24,000 nucleotides of DNA. Source: Christensenella sp. UBA4675 (GTDB lineage: Bacteria; Bacillota; Clostridia; Christensenellales; Borkfalkiaceae). The translations under genes and the position numbers were made by a program. Positions 15,951 to 23,714 of the stretch are shown piece after piece. The notes under the pieces were generated by a model that worked only from the letters and a program-made list of their open reading frames with translations, searched no databases and was not told the origin of the DNA. The stretch is from the NCBI GenBank assembly GCA_002405165.1, contig DHLF01000001.1, forward strand, positions 5,608-29,607, read 5' to 3'. Positions within the stretch are counted from its first letter, which is position 1, and each line of letters starts with the position of its first letter.

Positions 15951-18680
15951 ATGAAACCGGACGAAAATCAATTAAAAATAATTCAAGATACTAAAAACAA
16001 TATAATTCTTTACGCGGGAGCAGGAACGGGTAAAACTTTTACCGTAGCAAATAAAATTGCGTATTACTTACAAAATCAAATACTTAGCGCAGATAAAATT
16101 TTATGCTTAACCTTTACTGTAAAAGCCTGCAACGAGCTAATTGACGAAATAAATAATATAAGCGGTCGTCAAGACGTATTAGTAAAAACAATTCACGGTT
16201 TTTGCTATAAAATTTTAAAAGAAAAAAGTTTATCGCTAGAAGGCGTTTATAACACTCCCGATATTTGCGACGAAGTAGATTCCGAAATTATTTTACGGGA
16301 AAAATGTTTACCTTATTTAAACGAAATTGCTTTTTCAGACCATTTAAAGTCAAGGGGTGCAAAACACGATTTGCAATGGCTAAAAACTCAGGATATAGCT
16401 TACCTTAACGATAAAATGTATTTTGCCGTTAAAGATAATCAAGGATATTTTTTAATTTCTTACGACGGTAAAACTTTAAGGACTGACGAAAGTTTTAAAA
16501 ACGAAAAAAGCGGAATGATTTGTCCGCAATGTAAGGCAAGGCAAAAAAAGCAGTGTAATTTTTGCGAAGTTTGTTCTTACGATTTAAGGTTTTATATTCC
16601 GCCTTTTACTACGCATGTTAATTCACTAAGAAGTTTTGTTTCTTTTATAAAAAGATATAGAGCAATTTTAAATTATTATTCCGGAAATGATGAGATAGAT
16701 TACCAAAGAGTTTTCGATTATTTTTACAATAACGAAAGAGAAAAAATAGAAAGACTTTTATTGTATAAAGAAAAAGATTTTAATAAAAACGTAATTGATT
16801 TTTATTTTTTGTCCGCAATGCAAAAATATTGCGGAAAGTTTATAACATACTACAACGAATATTTAACGCAAAGAAATCAACTAGACTACGACGATTTAAT
16901 CGTAAAAACTTACGAGTTGTTTAGTGTGTCCGATTATAAAGATTTGCCCGAATATTCGTTAATCGTAATCGACGAAATGCAAGACACAAGCGAATTGGAA
17001 TATTCGCTTATCAGTAAATTATTTTCCGGGCAAGTTATGTTGTGCGGGGACGTAAATCAATCCATATACGGTTGGCGCGGAGCAAAGCCGATTGAAATAT
17101 TAAATAATTTTAAAGATAATTTTAACGCAACCGAATATCACTTAAATAAAAATTACAGGTCGAATAAAGCCCTGCTCGATTTTGGTGAGAAGTTTTTAAA
17201 AAACGCTTTTTCAAATAAAGACGAAACTTTATCAGTATCTTTAACAGAAGGCGAAAAGCCGATAATTAGAAAATGCGAAAATTTATCCGATGAAGCTAAA
17301 TTTATTTGCGATAAATGCGTATCTTTAAAGGGCAGTAAAGCGATACTAACGCGAACCAACTATTACGGAAAACGTTTGTACGAACGCCTTTGCGAGTTAG
17401 ACGGTAATTTAGTATTTACGTCAATAGAAGAAGAACAAAATTTACTAAAAAGCAAAATAGTAAAAGAATTTGTAAGTTTTTTAAAAATTATCTATAATCC
17501 CGACGATAAATTTAACGTAGATAAACTTTTTATAGATTTAATTCCTAACGTCGGAGAAGTTGCGATTGATAAAATAAATTTACCGCTTTTAGCTGTTGAT
17601 AGTTCCATATTTTTAAATAGTTTTATTTATGACGGGGAAGATCCGTATTCGGATTTAATTAAAGCTTTTGAAAATAAAAAAGTTGTCGTTTTCGATATAG
17701 AAAGCAGTGGGTTAGACGTAGACGAAAACGAAATAGTTCAATTATCCGCAAAGAAAACCGACGGTCAAACTTTTAATAGATTTATAAAAAATAAAAAACC
17801 TTTGGACGAGCAGTCTGTTAAAGTACACGGTTTTACGCAAGAATTTTTAAACGCAAACGGAGAAGATTTACTTACCGTTTTAAAAGATTTTTCCGTATTT
17901 ATTAAAGATTGCGTTATCGTGGGGCATAATTCGTCAAACTTCGATTTACCGGTTCTAAAAAGAGTATATAAAGAAAACGGTTTAGAATTTAATTATTTAT
18001 CGCATTATGATACTTTAAAACTTGCAAAAAAAATAATAAAAGACGTAAAGAACTATAAATTAGCTACTTTATGCGAAAGGCTTTCTATTTTAAACCTTAA
18101 AGCTCACGATGCGTTTTTTGACGTGGAAGCAACTTTAAAATTATTAGAATACATAGTTAAAATATTAAAACAAACTTCTTTTTTACGTATCGTAATTATA
18201 AATAAAAATAAAGATAAATTCTACAATTTTGCAAAGTTTTATAATAAATTGAAAAATATGGAAACCGCTAAATTCGTTTCTACGCTTACCGATTACTTAG
18301 TTGAATCTAGTTCGGTAGACGCCGTTGTTAAAAACGTAAATTTAAATAGATTAAAGCGATTTACAAAAAAATTTAATTTATCTTTGCCGTTATTAACCGC
18401 TATAAAAGAGTTTTTAGACGATAAAGACGATTATTTCGACGTTTCTAGGACGATTCCTATTTTAACTGTGCATCAGGCAAAAGGAATGGAGTTTGATAAC
18501 GTTTTCGTTGCGGGTGTAGACAACTATACTTTCCCCGACGAAGTTGAAAAATACGGCGAACAAAGAAAGGTTTTTTACGTTGCGATAAGTAGGGCAAAAT
18601 CCAAATTATTTCTTACTTTTTGCGCTAAAAACGCTTTTGGCGGGCAAAATCAGCCGTCTAATCTTTTAAAGTTATTATAG
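15951..18680 (+). CDS. UvrD/Rep/PcrA-family SF1 helicase with inserted zinc ribbon and DEDDh (DnaQ-like) 3'-5' exonuclease domain
   Basis: Helicase motifs: AGAGTGKTF (I), LCLTFTVKA (Ia), VIDEMQDTS (II), CGDVNQSIYGWRGA (III), NYRSNK (IV), TVHQAKGMEFDNVFV (V) and FYVAISRAKSKL (VI). A CPQC...CNFCEVC Zn ribbon lies between Ia and II. Between motifs IV and V there is VVFDIESSGLD (ExoI), GHNSSNFDLPVL (ExoII) and AHDAFFDVEAT (ExoIII, HxAxxD). The start is 2 nt after the HAD stop. Confidence 0.88.
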   Translation: MKPDENQLKIIQDTKNNIILYAGAGTGKTFTVANKIAYYLQNQILSADKILCLTFTVKACNELIDEINNISGRQDVLVKTIHGFCYKILKEKSLSLEGVYNTPDICDEVDSEIILREKCLPYLNEIAFSDHLKSRGAKHDLQWLKTQDIAYLNDKMYFAVKDNQGYFLISYDGKTLRTDESFKNEKSGMICPQCKARQKKQCNFCEVCSYDLRFYIPPFTTHVNSLRSFVSFIKRYRAILNYYSGNDEIDYQRVFDYFYNNEREKIERLLLYKEKDFNKNVIDFYFLSAMQKYCGKFITYYNEYLTQRNQLDYDDLIVKTYELFSVSDYKDLPEYSLIVIDEMQDTSELEYSLISKLFSGQVMLCGDVNQSIYGWRGAKPIEILNNFKDNFNATEYHLNKNYRSNKALLDFGEKFLKNAFSNKDETLSVSLTEGEKPIIRKCENLSDEAKFICDKCVSLKGSKAILTRTNYYGKRLYERLCELDGNLVFTSIEEEQNLLKSKIVKEFVSFLKIIYNPDDKFNVDKLFIDLIPNVGEVAIDKINLPLLAVDSSIFLNSFIYDGEDPYSDLIKAFENKKVVVFDIESSGLDVDENEIVQLSAKKTDGQTFNRFIKNKKPLDEQSVKVHGFTQEFLNANGEDLLTVLKDFSVFIKDCVIVGHNSSNFDLPVLKRVYKENGLEFNYLSHYDTLKLAKKIIKDVKNYKLATLCERLSILNLKAHDAFFDVEATLKLLEYIVKILKQTSFLRIVIINKNKDKFYNFAKFYNKLKNMETAKFVSTLTDYLVESSSVDAVVKNVNLNRLKRFTKKFNLSLPLLTAIKEFLDDKDDYFDVSRTIPILTVHQAKGMEFDNVFVAGVDNYTFPDEVEKYGEQRKVFYVAISRAKSKLFLTFCAKNAFGGQNQPSNLLKLL

Positions 18681-18803
18681 TTTAAAAATTTTTTTTAAAA
18701 AAAATTGTTTAAAAATGTCGTATATTATCATATTTTTTATAATGTTTTACGATTTTGTAAATCAAAAAAATAATTTTTTTTAAAAATTTTTTTAAAAAAG
18801 GTA

Positions 18804-18832
18804 TTGAAATTTGTTTGTCTATATAATATAAT
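18804..18832 (+). promoter_or_regulatory. sigma-A type promoter for the lipoprotein gene
   Basis: TTGAAA 18804-18809, 17-nt spacer, TATAAT 18827-18832. Confidence 0.55.
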
Positions 18833-18859
18833 AAGCGCAAAATAAGGAGGTATTTTGTT

Positions 18860-21800
18860 TTGAAAAGTAAAATTAAACTATTTATTATTTCAATTCTTGC
18901 GTTACTATTGGCGTTTAGTATTATCGCCTGCGACGCGGGTACGACGACTAGTTCAAAATTTAACAGTTCGTCGGTAACGTCATCAAGTTCAAGCTCTTCA
19001 AAATTGTCTTCTAGCAGTTCGTCTAGTAAGCCGTCTAGTTCTAGTAGTTCCAAACCTGCTTCCAGTTCTAGCAGTTCTGAACCTGCTTCTAGTTCTAGTA
19101 GTTCTAAACCCGATAGTTCCGATTCTTCGCAAGTACAAAACTGCACGCTTGTTTTAAGTATGGTGGGTAACGGAAATTTAACTGCAACGGCAGGTGGAAA
19201 AAACGTTTCCAGCGGGGCTAGTATAGAAAAAGGAACTTCCGTAACGATTAAGTTCTCGCCTGCCAAGGAATTTAAAACGACTAAACTTAATATCAGTGAA
19301 TTAGGTTATGTTAATACTTACGATACGACTGAAGAACAATCTTATACGTTTACGATGAGTTCTGATGCGACTGTTCAAGTTACGTTTACTCAAATAGATT
19401 ATGCTATTAGCATTTCGGGAAACACCGATTTTGGTTCGGTTACCGCCGATAAGTCTAGGGCAGTTTCGGGTGCAAGCGTAAAATTAACTATAAAACCGCA
19501 AACGAATTCCGTTTTAACTTCTTTAATAGTTGACGGAGTTGAAAAGGTTTCTAGCGTATCGTCTAACACTTTCAGCTTTACGATGCCTTCTCATAACGTA
19601 AATATTACTTATGAATTCGTTAAATATTATAATATAACGACAGGTGCGGTAAATAACGGAACGATATCTGTTAATAAAACAAGTGTGATAAAGGGAACAG
19701 AAATAACCGTAACCGCAGTTCCTGATAAGGGCTATGAATTGTTAGAAATAACTTTATCCTATAAAGTAAATGGTCAAGATAAGACACAAAACTTAGATTT
19801 GAACGGTAGTAGCATTAAATTTACAATGCCTGATAGTGATGTTGAGTTAACTGCTAGATTTACAAAACCTGATAGTAGAGAACTTGTCAACTACATGATT
19901 TTAGGCGATTCTTATACGGATACTGCGTTCTGGAAAGATTTCATTTCCGATTTCTCTTCGGTTAAAGATGCAAAAGATATAGGTATCGGCGGAACGGTAG
20001 TAACTCAATGGATAACCGGTTTAACAAGTAGTTTTGAACACAATAATGCTACTCAAGATATAAGGATTAAGGATAAATATAACGTTTCTAACTTTGTATT
20101 CCACATCGGCGTAAACGATATAGATGGTGGTACGGCAAAAGAAACGGTTGTAGCTAACTTAAAAACTTTATTTACCGATTACCATAATGCTTATCCGCAA
20201 GCACAAATTTATTGGGTATCTTTAAGTTTAAATACCATGTTTGCAAGTCAGCATACTTCTGATTATTTGTACGTTAACGCTGAAATACAAAAATATATGA
20301 ACGGAATAGACTATTTAACTTATATAGATACTTGTTCCAAAATGTTCCCCGACAATCAACCCGTTCCCGATTGGTTTGCAGACGGCTTACATTTCAATAC
20401 TGACGGATACAATACTTGGTCTGCTTTAATTCTAGACGCATTAGGATATCCCAAAGCAACCGTAGGCGATTTCGGAAAAGCGGATATTTATTATTCAAGC
20501 AATACCTTTAAGGCAAATTCTGACGGAACTATTTCTAATACAGGAAAAGTTAACGGAGAACAAAGCTTGTGGTTTAGCGAACTCTACGAACAAAACGTTT
20601 ATGCGGAAATGAACGTAAAAGTTAATAAAATTACGAATGAAGACGAATATCCTAAGTTTGGTTTAGCGTTAAAATCTAAGAATAATCACGTATTCTTCTA
20701 TATTGACGCAGGTTCTGCTTTAACCGGAAAATATGCAGGATTAACTTACAGAACGCCCGTTACCTTAAACGGTGGATTCTTAGCTTCACAATATTGGAAT
20801 TGGAGCGTTGGTATAGGTGGAAACTCCACGGCTGTTTATACCGGTGGAAATTACGTTAAATTAGGATTATTAAAAGTCGGTAGCGATTTGTATTTCTACG
20901 TAAACGACGTAATAGTAAATTCTGTTTCTAACTTAACGGGAATGGACGGAAAGTCTGCCATAGGTTTAACCGTATTCAACCTTGACGTAACTATAAAAGA
21001 TTATTCGACAACTACAAACGTTCAATCTTATATAGACGCTATAAACACTGTTGCAAGCACTAGGTTCGACGCTAACTCTGCTTATAATATTAAGGGTAAC
21101 AATATTACAAACACTACTGCGGGCGGAGAAAGTTCGGCTTGGGCTACTGGGGTAAATCACTCTAAATTCTATTTTGAAACCGAAATTACATTAAATTCGG
21201 TACTTAACAGTGATGCAGCTCCCAAAGCAGGTATAACGGTTAATCTCCAAGGCGTAGGTACGCTGTTATTCTATATAGACGCAATAAATACCGGAAGTTT
21301 CGGAACTAACGCTTGGGTTGGTTACGTTTACAGACCCTCCGGAACGACAGAATGGAATTGGGCTAAAGCTAATGCCACGTACGTTAGAGGTTTACAATAT
21401 ACAAGTAGTAAATATGCAAAACTCGGACTATACAAAAACGGTTCTAGATTTATATTTACCGTAAACGGAAACGCTGTTTTGGATACGAGTCAATTCTCGC
21501 AATTTACCGGTCAAGTAAACGTGGGCGTAATGGTATTTAACCTTGCTTATAATGCTAAAAACTGCGGTATAGTATTATCCGATAAATTATTGGATAGAAT
21601 GTTTACAACACGTAATATGGCAGATGACATAGTTGTAGACGGAAAATTAGATGATGCTAAGTGGAGTAATTATTCTTCCGATAGTATTTATTCTAGTTAT
21701 GCAACAGACGGTTCCGGCGTAGGATTTAAAGCTATGGCGTTTATGGGAACAAATGCTATCTACGTTGCTTACGAAATTACGTCTAAAACCTATGTTACTA

Positions 21801-22174
21801 ATAATACGCAAGGCTGGTATTTAAACTTCAACGTAGAAATATCAGTTCCTAATTCGAAAGGAGATCAGGTTCAAACATACGCAGTGGCATACAATGTAGG
21901 GCATATGGTTAAATCTTATGCGTTTATAAGTAAAAAAGAGGGAAGTGTTTATAAAACCGTAGTAGAAGTTGCCATACCTTATATTAGTACGGAAACTTTA
22001 ACCGGAAAAGAAGCATCTATTAAGTTAGGGTTGGCTTGTCGCCCGGGTAGTGAAGTTGCTATAGGTATTAACGGTGGTACTGATTCCGATTGGTGGACCG
22101 GTCCTAACCACGCTTACAATAATCCGCTTACTGTTAATAAAAACGGTATCGATGCTTCTAGTATAATTAAATAA
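18860..22174 (+). CDS. large secreted lipoprotein: Ser-rich linker, 3 B-repeat (InlB-type) modules, SGNH/GDSL esterase, 2 lectin-like beta-sandwich repeats, CBM9-like C-terminus
   Basis: TTG start 9 nt after AAGGAGG 18844-18850. Signal peptide with lipobox (LLAFSIIAC). SGNH blocks: MILGDSYTD (GDS), GIGG, HIGVNDI, DGLHFN (DxxH). Two internal repeats (KFGLALKSKNNHVFFYIDA...YVKLGLLKVGSDLYFYVND versus KAGITVNLQGVGTLLFYIDA...YAKLGLYKNGSRFIFTVNG). VDGKLDDAKWSN is typical of CBM9-type modules. Confidence 0.85.
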   Translation: MKSKIKLFIISILALLLAFSIIACDAGTTTSSKFNSSSVTSSSSSSSKLSSSSSSSKPSSSSSSKPASSSSSSEPASSSSSSKPDSSDSSQVQNCTLVLSMVGNGNLTATAGGKNVSSGASIEKGTSVTIKFSPAKEFKTTKLNISELGYVNTYDTTEEQSYTFTMSSDATVQVTFTQIDYAISISGNTDFGSVTADKSRAVSGASVKLTIKPQTNSVLTSLIVDGVEKVSSVSSNTFSFTMPSHNVNITYEFVKYYNITTGAVNNGTISVNKTSVIKGTEITVTAVPDKGYELLEITLSYKVNGQDKTQNLDLNGSSIKFTMPDSDVELTARFTKPDSRELVNYMILGDSYTDTAFWKDFISDFSSVKDAKDIGIGGTVVTQWITGLTSSFEHNNATQDIRIKDKYNVSNFVFHIGVNDIDGGTAKETVVANLKTLFTDYHNAYPQAQIYWVSLSLNTMFASQHTSDYLYVNAEIQKYMNGIDYLTYIDTCSKMFPDNQPVPDWFADGLHFNTDGYNTWSALILDALGYPKATVGDFGKADIYYSSNTFKANSDGTISNTGKVNGEQSLWFSELYEQNVYAEMNVKVNKITNEDEYPKFGLALKSKNNHVFFYIDAGSALTGKYAGLTYRTPVTLNGGFLASQYWNWSVGIGGNSTAVYTGGNYVKLGLLKVGSDLYFYVNDVIVNSVSNLTGMDGKSAIGLTVFNLDVTIKDYSTTTNVQSYIDAINTVASTRFDANSAYNIKGNNITNTTAGGESSAWATGVNHSKFYFETEITLNSVLNSDAAPKAGITVNLQGVGTLLFYIDAINTGSFGTNAWVGYVYRPSGTTEWNWAKANATYVRGLQYTSSKYAKLGLYKNGSRFIFTVNGNAVLDTSQFSQFTGQVNVGVMVFNLAYNAKNCGIVLSDKLLDRMFTTRNMADDIVVDGKLDDAKWSNYSSDSIYSSYATDGSGVGFKAMAFMGTNAIYVAYEITSKTYVTNNTQGWYLNFNVEISVPNSKGDQVQTYAVAYNVGHMVKSYAFISKKEGSVYKTVVEVAIPYISTETLTGKEASIKLGLACRPGSEVAIGINGGTDSDWWTGPNHAYNNPLTVNKNGIDASSIIK
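18941..19129 (+). repeat. low-complexity Ser-rich coding repeat (SSSSSSKP/SSSSSSEPA units)
   Basis: Imperfect tandem units such as CCTGCTTCCAGTTCTAGCAGTTCTGAA / CCTGCTTCTAGTTCTAGTAGTTCTAAA. They encode the linker immediately after the lipobox Cys. Confidence 0.85.
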
Positions 22175-22204
22175 TCATAAAGCATTAAAACATTTTGCTT
22201 TAAA

Positions 22205-22239
22205 ATAACGGCTTTGGAAACAAAGTCGTTATTTTTTTT
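22205..22239 (+). terminator. intrinsic terminator after the lipoprotein gene
   Basis: ATAACGGCTTTG-GAAA-CAAAGTCGTTAT hairpin (GNRA-like loop) followed by T8. Confidence 0.8.
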
Positions 22240-22370
22240 CATTAAAGCCAAAGTAATTAAAATAAACTAATTATAAAAACAATAGTTATAATAAAAAATT
22301 TATATAGTTAAAATTTACAAGAAAATTGTTGCTATAAATTTTTAAGAGCATATAAAAGCACAAATTTATA

Positions 22371-22404
22371 ATAAAAATAACGACAGTAAAAATTTACTGC
22401 CGTT
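22371..22404 (-). terminator. probable intrinsic terminator for the small minus-strand ORF
   Basis: AACGACAGTA / TACTGCCGTT hairpin (one mismatch) followed on the minus strand by a T-rich run (complement of ATAAAAATAA). Confidence 0.5.
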
Positions 22405-22413
22405 AAAATTAAA

Positions 22414-22569
22414 TTAGTCGTCTAATTCGTAGTAGTATTCGCTAGATTGCGTAGGTGGAAGTCTGTTTCCTTCTTCGCAAGAAATAACGTCTAACGTTCT
22501 GCCGTTAGCGTCTACTACTCTGTACTGACAACTGCATGGGGCAATATCGCCCGGATTAAATTTTCTCAT
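22414..22569 (-). CDS. small protein, YjzC-like (51 aa, tentative family call)
   Basis: Not in the ORF track because it is under 60 aa. On the minus strand: AGGAG (22574-22578), then ATG 22569, MRKFNPGDIAPCSCQYRVVDANGRTLDVISCEEGNRLPPTQSSEYYYELDD, stop at 22414-22416. The PGD.AP ... G..LPPT pattern recalls Bacillus YjzC-type small proteins. Confidence 0.6.
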   Translation of the reverse strand: MRKFNPGDIAPCSCQYRVVDANGRTLDVISCEEGNRLPPTQSSEYYYELDD

Positions 22570-22745
22570 AATACTCCTTTATCATTGCTGACGATATTAT
22601 TATGTGTCAATTATATAAAAAAATTCTAAAAAAATTAAAATACAAAAAAATTGTTTAAAAGTAGATAATTATAAGCGTATTTAATTTATCAGAAATATAT
22701 TTTTTTAAAAAAATAATTTTTTTTAGAAAATATTTGTAAAAATCG

Positions 22746-22774
22746 TTGACAAAATCAAAAGAATATTATATTAT
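22746..22774 (+). promoter_or_regulatory. sigma-A type promoter for the tRNA cluster
   Basis: TTGACA 22746-22751, 17-nt spacer, TATTAT 22769-22774. The upstream context AAAAATCGTTGACAAA closely resembles P1 (AAAAATCGTTTGACAAA). Confidence 0.65.
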
Positions 22775-22793
22775 ATACTAGCATTGTGAGTAG

Positions 22794-22870
22794 CGGGGTG
22801 TAGCGCAGTTTGGTAGCGCACGTGGTTTGGGACCATGGGGTCGGGAGTTCGAGTCTCTTCACCCCGACCA
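22794..22870 (+). tRNA. tRNA-Pro (anticodon UGG)
   Basis: Acceptor CGGGGTG/CACCCCG, anticodon loop TTTGGGA, T-loop TTCGAGT, encoded CCA. The full cloverleaf folds by hand. Confidence 0.92.
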
Positions 22871-22893
22871 AATACATACACCTTTATATATAA

Positions 22894-22970
22894 GGGCCTT
22901 TAGCTCAGTTGGTTAGAGCGGTCGGCTCATAACCGATTGGTCCGCGGTTCGAGTCCGTGAAGGCCCACCA
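22894..22970 (+). tRNA. tRNA with CAU anticodon, probably tRNA-Ile2 (lysidine-modified) rather than elongator Met
   Basis: Acceptor GGGCCTT/AAGGCCC, anticodon loop CTCATAA, encoded CCA. It is not an initiator (no C1 mismatch, no GGG/CCC anticodon stem). The GGCTCATAACC anticodon arm and the C4-G69/C5-G68 pairs resemble Bacillus and E. coli tRNA-Ile2 from memory. Confidence 0.85.
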
Positions 22971-22998
22971 TTAAAAAACTAAATAGATTAAATTTTTT

Positions 22999-23075
22999 GG
23001 CCTGGTAGTTCAGTTGGTTAGAACGCTAGCCTGTCACGCTAGAGGTCCGGGGTTCGAATCCCCGTCAGGTCGCCA
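22999..23075 (+). tRNA. tRNA-Asp (anticodon GUC)
   Basis: Acceptor GGCCTGG/TCAGGTC (two G-U pairs), anticodon loop CTGTCAC, discriminator G, encoded CCA. Confidence 0.9.
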
Positions 23076-23105
23076 TTAAAAATTTGGGGAGATGTTAAGT
23101 CATTT

Positions 23106-23181
23106 GCCTCGGTAGCTCAGTAGGTAGAGCAGGGGACTGAAAATCCCCGTGTCGGTGGTTCGATTCCGCCCCGAGGCACCA
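23106..23181 (+). tRNA. tRNA-Phe (anticodon GAA)
   Basis: Acceptor GCCTCGG/CCGAGGC, anticodon loop CTGAAAA, T-loop TTCGATT, encoded CCA. Confidence 0.92.
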
Positions 23182-23217
23182 TTTTTTTTGCCAAAAAAAG
23201 CTAGGTGTACTCAATTT

Positions 23218-23293
23218 GCTGGTGTAGCTCAATCGGTAGAGCAGCTGATTTGTAATCAGCAGGTTGTGGGTTCGAGTCCAATCACCAGCTCCA
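23218..23293 (+). tRNA. tRNA-Thr (anticodon UGU)
   Basis: Acceptor GCTGGTG/CACCAGC, anticodon loop TTTGTAA, encoded CCA. The T-stem has one G-A mismatch and one G-U pair. Confidence 0.82.
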
Positions 23294-23308
23294 TTTTTAT
23301 TTTAATAC

Positions 23309-23393
<85 letters not shown>

Positions 23394-23415
23394 ACTTTGC
23401 TTAACGGCAAAGGGT

Positions 23416-23446
23416 AACGCAAGACTAATTGTCTTGCGTTTTTTTG
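23416..23446 (+). terminator. intrinsic terminator after the tRNA cluster
   Basis: Perfect 10-bp stem AACGCAAGAC / GTCTTGCGTT with a 5-nt loop and a T-run. Confidence 0.85.
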
Positions 23447-23455
23447 TGTTAAATT

Positions 23456-23481
23456 TCCGCCCGCTATGTGGGTGGATTTTT
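23456..23481 (+). terminator. second (backup) intrinsic terminator
   Basis: TCCGCCC / GGGTGGA stem (one G-U pair) with a 7-nt loop, followed by TTTTT. Confidence 0.55.
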
Positions 23482-23714
23482 ATTTAATTTAAGTTTAGTA
23501 AAATAAGAACCGCATTGATACGAAAAAACTTGTAGGTTATTCATAAAATATATATGAAAATAAGTTTATATAATAAAAATTTTACAGGTTATAATTTTGC
23601 TTTCTATTTTATTTTTTTGCGAGAAATATAGCAAAAATAATCGTTTTACGGTTTTAATTTAATTCAAGTTTATGGCTTTTATCATCATATGTGTTTTTAT
23701 TGTTTTGTTACTAA

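Noticed and set aside
15951-18680. Helicase-exonuclease gene as part of a phage-defence island
   Set aside because: It has no flanking mobile-element, integrase, toxin or other defence-type genes. It sits in an operon with housekeeping-type enzymes. It is retained only as one possible role in the findings.
18709-19266. 185-aa minus-strand ORF (LELLELEAG...) overlapping the start of the lipoprotein gene
   Set aside because: It is the antisense shadow of the Ser-rich AGT/TCT-type repeat and the AT-rich promoter region. It has low-complexity Leu/Glu composition and no RBS, and it overlaps a strongly supported plus-strand gene.
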